NCBI GenBank assembly: GCA_963726745.1 | Contig: CAVSDR010000003.1 | Location: forward strand, 640,001 to 704,000 | DNA length: 64,000 nucleotides | Source: an uncultured Verrucomicrobiae bacterium | GTDB lineage: Bacteria; Verrucomicrobiota; Verrucomicrobiia; Chthoniobacterales; UBA10450 | Direction: 5' to 3' | In this document: in pieces, positions 56,632-64,000 of the stretch | Position numbering within the stretch: the stretch's first letter is position 1 | Layout: every line of letters starts with the position of its first letter | Position numbers and translations under genes: made by a program | The notes under the pieces: model-generated | Database searches by the model: none | Told to the model about the DNA's origin: nothing | The model's input: only the letters and a program-made list of their open reading frames with translations

Positions 56632-57849
56632 TTAAGCGACCCAGTTTCCCCGGGTAAAATTCCAGACCCACCAGCCTTGCAGGCCGAGGCCGGCCACACA
56701 GAGCAGTGCGATCGTGGCCATCCCCAAGGCGCGTATCGGGAGCGACGGGCGGGGAAGTTGGGCCAAAAAGTGCGAGAACGCCAGCACGATCAGCGCATAG
56801 GCGCAAAACTGATAGCGCATCATGCTTTCCATCTGCACCGAGGCCACGCCACTGACGGCGATGTAATAAGTGACGAAGGCGAGGAAATAGAGCCCGATAC
56901 GCAAGCGCCAGGCCGTCTGCCGGCGCCACGCCGGGAGCAATTCACAGAGCGCGACCACCAGGAAAAGCGCCGCGCCCGCGGTCATCGTAACCTGGCTCCA
57001 TTGCGTTGGATCTCTCAACGGCGGGAGCATCCAGTGGTAGCTTTCCGGCTTGAAGATGGCGAGGTAATCGGGCCGCACATCCCAGCCGGCCCGCTGCGTG
57101 AGCATGTAAAGATCCCAGCGCCCCCAGCGGAAGAGGCAGTAGACGAAAAAGCTGAGCCCGCCGAGCGTGGCCACGCCCATGAGCACGACCGCGGCGAGAT
57201 ATTCCCGCAGCCAGCCGCCGACCGCGCGGAAGCGCGTCCAGCCGCCGGCGAAAACCCGCTGCACCACCGGGTAGGCCGCGCACGGCAGACCGACGATGCG
57301 CGTGGCCGACATGACGAGACCGTGCAGCGCCGCGAGCACCCAGGCCGCCCGCCCCTCGGCGCCGCTCCAATAGACAAAACCAAGCAGCGCCATCATGAAG
57401 AGCGACTCGGAATAAGCCGCCACGAGGAAGAACGCCGCGGGATGCGCCACGATCGCCAGCGCGCCGAAGAACTGCAGCAGCGGCGAGATTTTCCAGCGCG
57501 CCGCGAGCAGGAAAAAGTAGGTCCAGAATCCGCAGGCGGCCGCCTGTGCAGTGAGCAACAAAGCGTCGCCTGTTTCCAGGCGAGTGAGCTTCTGGAGCGC
57601 CGCCGCGATCATCGGATACGCCGGGAAGAAAGCCACGTTCGAGACTTCCATCAGCTTATGCTGGATCGGCGGCAGGATGGTGTTGTAGCCGCGGTCGATG
57701 ATGTTTTGGAACCAATAGCTATCGTGCTGCACGAGCGTGCGGTAGCGCTCGAGAAGCGGCCCTTCGGGCGCGAGGAAAACCACCGCGACCAGCAGTTGCA
57801 CGAGCAGGACGCCGAGACCGAGGAGGAAAGCGCGCAGGACGGGATTCAT
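56632..57849 (-). CDS. GT-C fold membrane glycosyltransferase (PIG-V/mannosyltransferase-like)
   Basis: QHDSYWF..I..GY, AFFPAYP, AAYSESLF, ATRIVG, SMMRY, with many TMs. Confidence 0.75.
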   Translation of the reverse strand: MNPVLRAFLLGLGVLLVQLLVAVVFLAPEGPLLERYRTLVQHDSYWFQNIIDRGYNTILPPIQHKLMEVSNVAFFPAYPMIAAALQKLTRLETGDALLLTAQAAACGFWTYFFLLAARWKISPLLQFFGALAIVAHPAAFFLVAAYSESLFMMALLGFVYWSGAEGRAAWVLAALHGLVMSATRIVGLPCAAYPVVQRVFAGGWTRFRAVGGWLREYLAAVVLMGVATLGGLSFFVYCLFRWGRWDLYMLTQRAGWDVRPDYLAIFKPESYHWMLPPLRDPTQWSQVTMTAGAALFLVVALCELLPAWRRQTAWRLRIGLYFLAFVTYYIAVSGVASVQMESMMRYQFCAYALIVLAFSHFLAQLPRPSLPIRALGMATIALLCVAGLGLQGWWVWNFTRGNWVA

Positions 57850-58042
57850 GGAGTGCGGTTGGGTGGAAGACACCGCAGCCGCGCGCTCGATCGAAGGGGA
57901 AACTCCCGGACGCCGCTCTGCCTGTGCAGAGGCAAATCGCACCCTCGGGGGGCTCTGGACGCCGGATTCCATCGAGCAGTCTTGGACGAGGACACCGGGG
58001 GTTTATTCGCCGCGAAGGGAGCAATTTCCCGCGCGGCCGCGC

Positions 58043-58372
58043 TCAATGCCCGCCGGTGACGGTGTAACCCTCGCGCCGCAGGTCTTCCGCGAGGTCCATT
58101 TCCATCTGCAGAGCGGCGTCGTAGGGCATCGGGTTGAGGTGCTCGTAGAGCTCCGGGAGGAGGCGCACCCCGTATTTTTCCACCACCCACGCGGCTTTGT
58201 AGCCGTGCTTGTGATTCTCGAAGCGATGCTCCGGCGGCAAGCCGCTCATCCCCACGTAGACACACGGCCGCGCCGGGTCGCGCCCGGGATTAGCCGACAA
58301 GATGGAGCGGTGCTTCGCCGCCTGGGAATCGAGCAGGATGACGTAGACGTGGTGGTGAAACTTCGCCGACAC
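58043..58372 (-). CDS. Small GIY-YIG-like protein
   Basis: VYVI...VYVGMS...RFENHKHG...A..ME..LA pattern. Confidence 0.55.
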   Translation of the reverse strand: MSAKFHHHVYVILLDSQAAKHRSILSANPGRDPARPCVYVGMSGLPPEHRFENHKHGYKAAWVVEKYGVRLLPELYEHLNPMPYDAALQMEMDLAEDLRREGYTVTGGH

Positions 58373-58392
58373 GCGGGCCGAGGGCGCGAGGG

Positions 58393-61300
58393 CTAGGGAA
58401 GCCCGCTGCCGGATTGCGTCCGCGTCACTGAGGTGTCGCCAATGTTCACGACGCCATCGTGGTTGAAATCTGACCGGAAATTAGTGCTGTCGGCTTCCGC
58501 GCCGGAACGGCTCCGCGTTTGCAGGGCATCGCCGCCGTTGACCACGCGGTCGCCGTTGCTGTCGCCCAGGAGGGTGCTCAGGGGAACGTTCACGCAGCCG
58601 ACATTCGCGCCTGTGCTGGCGCCATTGATCGTGACCGTAGTGGTGCTGGCATTGGCCACGCCGGTGAGATCGATCGTCGCTTCCGCGCCGTTGATATTGA
58701 ACGCGGAGACGCCGCCGGCGCCGCTCGTGACGGTGGCATCCGTGGCGCTGAGCGCGCTGGCAAAAGTGACGACCACGCGGTGGTCGCCGGTGGCGCCGCC
58801 CGCGCGCGGTTCCACGCCCGAGGTGCCGCTGAGCGGGAGCGGAACGTCGAAGTCGCCCGCGCTCCCATGCGTCTTGCGCGAGACCGCGCTTACCGGCAGC
58901 GGCGAGCAGGTAAATCCATCCTGGAAGGTGATCGTATCGACGCGCCAGCCCACGGCGGCCACACTCGAATCCGAACCCATGCGGAAACGCAACTTCACGG
59001 TCTGGCCAGCGAGGTTCGGACCCAGGTCCACCACGGTGGTGAGGTAGCCGCCGGAGTTTCCACTCCAGCCTGCCCGGCCGCCGATGGGATTGCTATAGGA
59101 AGCGCTGATGGTCGAGTTGTAGCCGTTGCTGAGGAAAGTTCCGCCGACGGCGACATTGGTCACGTCGGTGAAGGCGCCCGCGTTGATGTTGGGCGCGGAA
59201 ACTTCGAGCACGCCGCCATCAAAGCCGGATTCCAAATCGTAATTCTGGCGGAAGCTCAGGCGCGGCGAGGTCGAGCTGACCGCGAGACCGGGGCTTTCGA
59301 GGCGCTTGTCGCTGATCGCGCTCGGGTCGTCGACAAAGGCGGCATTGGGCGCGCTCGCGGGGGTGGTCGTGGTGGTGACCCAAAGCGGCGTCGCTCCCAC
59401 GGCGTTTGTGGCTGTCCAACCCGCGGGCAATGCCGGCGCGGTCACGCCATCAAAATTTTCCACCGTGACCGTGGGCCGGGCGGATCCAGTGGTGAAGCTG
59501 AAGGTCGCCGGCGGCCGGGCACCGACGGAGTCCTGCAATTGCAAGGTCGCGGTGACGTTGCTGCCACACGCGACCGAAGGCGTAAAGGTGAAGAGCCGGC
59601 AGGTGGCCGCACCGCCGGTCGGGAGCGAGCCGTAGCTCTGCGGGCCGCTGGGATTCGTCACCCCGCCGGTGGCCTGGAGCGTGCCGACGACGTTGTTCGC
59701 GCCGAGATCGCCGGTGTTGTTGACGCAGAGGAAAACCGAGGCCGTCTGGCCGGGGTTTACGTTCGTGGGCGGGAGATTGCTGCAGCTCCCAGCCGCGACT
59801 TGCGCACCGGCGGGGCTGAGGAGTGCGGCCGGCTCCGGCGGCGTGAAGTTGTCGACTATTTTAGCCGACCAGATCTCTTCCTTCGCGCCGCTGCGGCGAT
59901 CGGTCCACGAGGGGAAGAAGGTGGTCGCGTAGCCGGAGAGTCCATTGTAATCGCCGTATTGATTGCCCGAATCCGCGCCGGTGATGGTCTCGTCGGTCGT
60001 GCCGCTGGTCACTTTCAAAGCCGCCGACCAGGTGGCGCCGCCATCGGAGGAGGACTGATACCAGACGTCGGTCTTCTTGCGCGCGCTGTCGCCCACGGTG
60101 TCGTAGTAGGTAATCGCGATCCCGCCGCTGGTTTCGTCGACCGCAAGCCACTGGTTAAACTGGTCGTTCAAGCTCGATTGGTTGTTGATCTTTACCGGGG
60201 TCGACCAGGTGGCACCGCCATCGGTTGAGCGGGCAAACCAAATGCGCGTCTTGCAGGTGGAAGCGGCGTTCGAGCCGGGCTCGTTTGCCGCGGCGGTGCA
60301 GCCGGTTTGGCCGGAGAGATCGGTCCAGGTGGCGTAGACATTATTGACTCCGCCCGCGGTGCGATAAGTCCCGAGGGTGACGTAAATCAGAATGCGCCGG
60401 CCGTTGAACGCCGGCACGCCGATGTCGTAGCTGTCGTAGGTGGTCGCGACCTGGATCGGCGCGCTGTAGCTCGCGCCGCCGTTGGTTGACTTGACCACAA
60501 AAATCTTGCGGCTCGTGGTCGCAGGCCAGGCGCCGAAGACATCGCCCTGGCGGTTCGTCTTCACGTCCGCGCCGATGCAGGTGCCGCTGCTTTCCGCGCC
60601 GCTCACCTGCGTGGGCGTGCCCCAGGTGCCGCCAGCGCCGGCGGTGCGGCGGTTCATAAACGCCGGGTTGCCGTTGTGCCAGATGGCATACATCTGGTTG
60701 AAGAACGGCGAGGTGCTGCTGTGGTCGACCCAGACCATCTGCTTGTCGACGTTCGTCTGCGTGCCCGAGACGGTCGCCTCGTAGGTCCAGGTGAGGCCGT
60801 TATCGGTCGAGAAATAATTCTGCAACTTCAAGACCGTGGCCGCCGCATTGATCCCGAGAGTCGAGGACCAGGCGCGACCATCGGAGGTCCACTCCGCCGT
60901 CGGGTCGGAGTGGAAAGCGTCCCCGGTGACCAGCGGGAGGAGCGATTGGCTCCAACTCGAGCCGCTGTTGATCGAGAAATAAATCCCCTGCTGGCCAGTG
61001 CCGCTGATGTTGTTGGAGGCTGCGAGGATCTTCGAGGGATCGAAGAAGTTCACCCGGATGTCCGATTCGCTCCGCGCGGCCGTTTGCGTCCCGGAGATGC
61101 GGAAGTCGCCGTTGTTCGTGGCGTCGGGGTCACTGCTTTTGGCGCCCACCGACTCGCCCGGCCCCGCCTTGAGGTCCTGGTGCGTCATCATCCATTCGAG
61201 CACTTCCTTGAGCACGTGCGGATAGCCGCCCGTCGGGTCGTTCCCATCGAAGGTGGCGTCTGGCCGCGCCTGACGCCACCAGACGCGCAGCCACGCCGGC

Positions 61301-61563
61301 AAGCCGCGTTTGTCGTTCGCTTCCTCGGCGCGCAGGATCGAGAAATCCTGGTGCTCGCGGATCAACGTCTCGAGCGCGCTCCCGGATTCCACCCGCCGGC
61401 CGTCATACTCCTGCGCGAGTTGCGTCTCGACCGAGGGCCAACGCGCCGCGCCTTTCACCGCGCTCCCATTTTTCGCCGGGGTCTGCGCCAGCGCGGAGAG
61501 AGAAAGGCAAAGGCTCGCGACGGCCGAAATGGAGAGGGAGAACCGACGCGGACAGAGGAGCAT
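58393..61563 (-). CDS. Large secreted BNR/Asp-box (sialidase-like beta-propeller) protein with C-terminal dockerin-like domain
   Basis: Signal peptide; Asp-boxes STDNGLTW, STNGGASY, STDGGATW, SSDGGATW; GDYNGL; C-terminal SAVSRKTHG...GDSNGDRVVNGGD...DFNHDGVVNIGD. Confidence 0.8.
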   Translation of the reverse strand: MLLCPRRFSLSISAVASLCLSLSALAQTPAKNGSAVKGAARWPSVETQLAQEYDGRRVESGSALETLIREHQDFSILRAEEANDKRGLPAWLRVWWRQARPDATFDGNDPTGGYPHVLKEVLEWMMTHQDLKAGPGESVGAKSSDPDATNNGDFRISGTQTAARSESDIRVNFFDPSKILAASNNISGTGQQGIYFSINSGSSWSQSLLPLVTGDAFHSDPTAEWTSDGRAWSSTLGINAAATVLKLQNYFSTDNGLTWTYEATVSGTQTNVDKQMVWVDHSSTSPFFNQMYAIWHNGNPAFMNRRTAGAGGTWGTPTQVSGAESSGTCIGADVKTNRQGDVFGAWPATTSRKIFVVKSTNGGASYSAPIQVATTYDSYDIGVPAFNGRRILIYVTLGTYRTAGGVNNVYATWTDLSGQTGCTAAANEPGSNAASTCKTRIWFARSTDGGATWSTPVKINNQSSLNDQFNQWLAVDETSGGIAITYYDTVGDSARKKTDVWYQSSSDGGATWSAALKVTSGTTDETITGADSGNQYGDYNGLSGYATTFFPSWTDRRSGAKEEIWSAKIVDNFTPPEPAALLSPAGAQVAAGSCSNLPPTNVNPGQTASVFLCVNNTGDLGANNVVGTLQATGGVTNPSGPQSYGSLPTGGAATCRLFTFTPSVACGSNVTATLQLQDSVGARPPATFSFTTGSARPTVTVENFDGVTAPALPAGWTATNAVGATPLWVTTTTTPASAPNAAFVDDPSAISDKRLESPGLAVSSTSPRLSFRQNYDLESGFDGGVLEVSAPNINAGAFTDVTNVAVGGTFLSNGYNSTISASYSNPIGGRAGWSGNSGGYLTTVVDLGPNLAGQTVKLRFRMGSDSSVAAVGWRVDTITFQDGFTCSPLPVSAVSRKTHGSAGDFDVPLPLSGTSGVEPRAGGATGDHRVVVTFASALSATDATVTSGAGGVSAFNINGAEATIDLTGVANASTTTVTINGASTGANVGCVNVPLSTLLGDSNGDRVVNGGDALQTRSRSGAEADSTNFRSDFNHDGVVNIGDTSVTRTQSGSGLP

Positions 61564-61727
61564 ATTCATCGGGAGAGGGCGAAAGGGTCGACATGCTGAG
61601 CCCAGCCACCACCGGTGTCACGCTCCAAAATGCGACCACTTTCCCGGGCAAAGTTGCTGGCTATTTCTCCCGGTAAATCTCATACCCGCGGAAGTTTATT
61701 CAGCTCCGCAAAATGCGGAGAAGGCGC

Positions 61728-64000
61728 TTACCGCAAGTCGTAGACTTCCACCAGCGCCACCCCGGTCGAGCCGTTCTTCCCGCGCACAATCGCGGTGTAC
61801 GCGCCGGGCACGAGCGTGGCCACGATCGCTGCTTCCCGCGCGTCGGAGGGCGGCACTGTCGTGGCGATGATCTCGCTCTCCTGCGTCGCCCGCCAGTCGT
61901 CGTTCGTGATCGCGCTGCCGTTGGAGTTGAAGAGCGAAAGCTCCGGGTCCTCCAGCCGGCCCGCGACCGGCAGCGACGGCCCGACCGCCCGCACCAAAAC
62001 GCTGGCTGGTTGCGGTCCGCCGATGATGAAGCCGCCGATCATCACGTTGTCGCCCGTGAGCACGCGGCCGCGGGTGGAAATATTAGCCAGCAACTCGGGG
62101 TTGGCCGGTTCCAGGTCGTAGATCTCGATCACGGCCACGCCCGTGGCCGAGCCCTGGCCACGCACGATCGCCGTGTGCGCTCCGGGTGAGAGCGTGGCCA
62201 CGATGGCCGACTCGAGGTCGTTCGACGGCGGCACGGTCGAGGCAATGATCTCGGCCTCCTGGGTCGAGCGCCAATTGTCGTTGAAAACACGGGAGCCATC
62301 CGGCTTGAACAACTCCAGCGTGGTGTCGCCGAGGCGATCGGCCAGCGGGAGCGATGGGCCGATCGCGCGGAGGATGACCTTCTTGGGCGCGCTTCCGGTG
62401 ATGATGAAGCCACCGATCAAGACGTTGTCGCCTGTCTCCACGCGCATCCGGCTGGAGATGTTTCGCAAGGTCGGCAGAACAGGATTTGCCCCCGAGACGG
62501 TGAGGCTCGCGCCCGTGCTGCGAAGCGCGACCTGGAGATTGCCGCTGGTGCTGGCAAAGGCGCCGCTGGCCGATCCGTAACTCAGCGGGACCAGGGGCGC
62601 GTGCGGATCCGGCGTGAAGCCAGCGATCGTCCGCAAGCTCAGCTGGCCGTCGAGGGTCGCCACCCCAGCGACTTTCAATTGATCGAATTGTGGCGCGTAA
62701 GCGTTCGTCCCGCCCACTTCGAGCAGGAGCGTTCCGCCCGCCGACTGGGTGAAGTTGCCGGAGACGCTGATCGCGCCCGCGGAATGCCCCGGCGCGAGGT
62801 AGCCGCCGTCGTTCGTCAGGTCGCCGGCAATCTGTCCCTGGCCATTGAGGATGCCGCCCTGCAGCAGCACCGGACCGATCAAGCGGATGCCGCTGAGGTC
62901 GGTGCTCCCGGCAGTTTGCCGGAAAATATTTGACTCGTTAGCCGCAGCGCGTGCCGGCTGGTGGCCCGGGATGAAATTACCGGCGCCCCCAGAAATGATG
63001 TTGCCGCCTCCGCCGGAGACAATGCCCGCGCCGTCCTGGCCGATCAGGGAAGCGCCATCGTTCGAGATGATCGAAGCGCCGTCGTTGGAAATGATGGAGG
63101 CGCCGTCATTTGAGATAATGCCCGCGCCATCCTGGCCGATGAGGGAAGCGCCGTCATTCGCGAGGATCGAGGCGCCGTCATTCGAAATGATGCGCCCCCC
63201 GTTGTTCTCGAAGGTCGCCACGAGCACGTTGCGCGGCGTCTCCGGCACCGGAGTTGATGATGGACGAGCTTCGCGTTTGCCGCCGGTGCGACGTCCCATG
63301 AGGAACTGGCCCGCGTTCCGGAAAAAGGCGGCCACGCCATCGAAGAATCCATTGCGTCCGACCGCCGCTTTCGACGCGACGCCGCCGGTGTTTCGGATGC
63401 CGGTAATGCCAGCGCGCCCGATCAAGTTGGTTGCGCCCTGGTTCTCGATCGTCCCGCTGAAGGCGACGTCTTCTTCATTCACCAGGAGCATCGAACCGCT
63501 GGGCGTGATCGTCAGGTTAGGCAGCGAGATGGTGCCGCGGGAAATCGTGAGGGTGCCCGTGATGGTCAGCGCGCCGGGCCCTTCTAGCGAACCGCCATGC
63601 AAGCCCACCGCGAGCGCCGTGACCTCCGCGGAAAGGGCCACGCGGAAGTCGCCGACAATCGCGAGATCGCCTGGGCCGGGCACGCCGCTGTTTCCCTGCG
63701 CGTCGAGCCAGCGCGCCGGATCGCTCCAGGCGCCATCGGCCAACCGTTGGAAAACCTTCCCGCCAGCCGGCGCGATGCGCACATGCACCGGGATGGCGTC
63801 GCCGGTCACGCCCAGTTCATCGACGGCGCTCGCTTCGACCACATGGTCACCGGGCGCCGGTGGGGTGAAACTCCGGCTGCCGCTCGAGGCGTTGAAACTC
63901 TCGATCGTCTGGCCGTCGTAGAGCAGGCGGAGGGTTTTGATCGCGGGACCGCCGTTGGCCATGGCATTCGCCGAGACCGTGAACGCGCCCGCAGGCAGCG
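61728..64000 (-). CDS. Large secreted protein (5' end beyond the window): Ig-like domain, beta-helix/autotransporter-passenger-like region, 8-aa repeats and two tandem NISTR domains
   Basis: The frame stays open to the window end. LAPGHSAG..VSGNFTQ..G.L..EVGG...DQL.V.G.ATLDG.L; C-terminal LRNISSRMRVETGDNVLIGGFII and LANISTRGRVLTGDNVMIGGFII. Confidence 0.8.
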   Translation of the reverse strand, partial: LPAGAFTVSANAMANGGPAIKTLRLLYDGQTIESFNASSGSRSFTPPAPGDHVVEASAVDELGVTGDAIPVHVRIAPAGGKVFQRLADGAWSDPARWLDAQGNSGVPGPGDLAIVGDFRVALSAEVTALAVGLHGGSLEGPGALTITGTLTISRGTISLPNLTITPSGSMLLVNEEDVAFSGTIENQGATNLIGRAGITGIRNTGGVASKAAVGRNGFFDGVAAFFRNAGQFLMGRRTGGKREARPSSTPVPETPRNVLVATFENNGGRIISNDGASILANDGASLIGQDGAGIISNDGASIISNDGASIISNDGASLIGQDGAGIVSGGGGNIISGGAGNFIPGHQPARAAANESNIFRQTAGSTDLSGIRLIGPVLLQGGILNGQGQIAGDLTNDGGYLAPGHSAGAISVSGNFTQSAGGTLLLEVGGTNAYAPQFDQLKVAGVATLDGQLSLRTIAGFTPDPHAPLVPLSYGSASGAFASTSGNLQVALRSTGASLTVSGANPVLPTLRNISSRMRVETGDNVLIGGFIITGSAPKKVILRAIGPSLPLADRLGDTTLELFKPDGSRVFNDNWRSTQEAEIIASTVPPSNDLESAIVATLSPGAHTAIVRGQGSATGVAVIEIYDLEPANPELLANISTRGRVLTGDNVMIGGFIIGGPQPASVLVRAVGPSLPVAGRLEDPELSLFNSNGSAITNDDWRATQESEIIATTVPPSDAREAAIVATLVPGAYTAIVRGKNGSTGVALVEVYDLR
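62976..63191 (-). repeat. Nine tandem 24-bp / 8-aa coding repeats (IISNDGAS / LIGQDGAG / IVSGGGGN)
   Basis: Translation: IISNDGAS ILANDGAS LIGQDGAG IISNDGAS IISNDGAS IISNDGAS LIGQDGAG IVSGGGGN IISGGAGN. The DNA copies differ at synonymous sites. Confidence 0.9.

Noticed and set aside
57850..58042. Possible riboswitch/ncRNA upstream of the GT-C gene (short hairpin CTCTGC-CTGT-GCAGAG)
   Set aside because: No recognisable family motif. Short GC hairpins are expected by chance, and part of the region may be coding.
19405..60228. Numerous long antisense ORFs (e.g. 19405..20940, 30077..31717, 35808..37319, 52246..53703, 56455..58059, 58519..60228)
   Set aside because: These are shadow ORFs from high GC and stop-codon scarcity, lying opposite well-supported genes, with no recognisable motifs.
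62976..63191. 24-bp periodic repeats as a CRISPR array
   Set aside because: There are no unique spacers, the repeats are in-frame coding with synonymous variation, and no cas genes are present.

Overview
GC-rich (roughly two-thirds GC by eye) bacterial chromosomal window. It is most likely from a soil Verrucomicrobiota of the Chthoniobacterales/Spartobacteria type, inferred from lineage-typical C-terminal domains on the last two secreted proteins. The assembly is error-prone: many otherwise intact genes carry 1-bp indels, and ppdK carries about ten. Contents in order: a putative dormancy trio (HPF/RaiA, host-attachment/baeRF-like protein, glgX); a clostripain-family peptidase; envelope genes (amidase, YihY, MGDG-synthase-like GT, nagA); a flavin-dependent halogenase / LpxL-like acyltransferase / deacetylase / methyltransferase cluster; pilD-tatC-NUDIX; ppdK; a ~26 kb Wzx/Wzy exopolysaccharide locus; a PAS hybrid kinase; ilvA-gcvP; and large secreted proteins. 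No rRNA, tRNA, CRISPR or mobile element was recognised. The most striking unexplained signal is a short DNA word family, GCCTAACGAG and GTCGGCTAA (composite GTCGGCTAACGAG). It recurs dozens of times in both orientations, mostly inside coding sequence through rare synonymous codons, which suggests an uptake-sequence-like or nucleoid-protein-binding signal.
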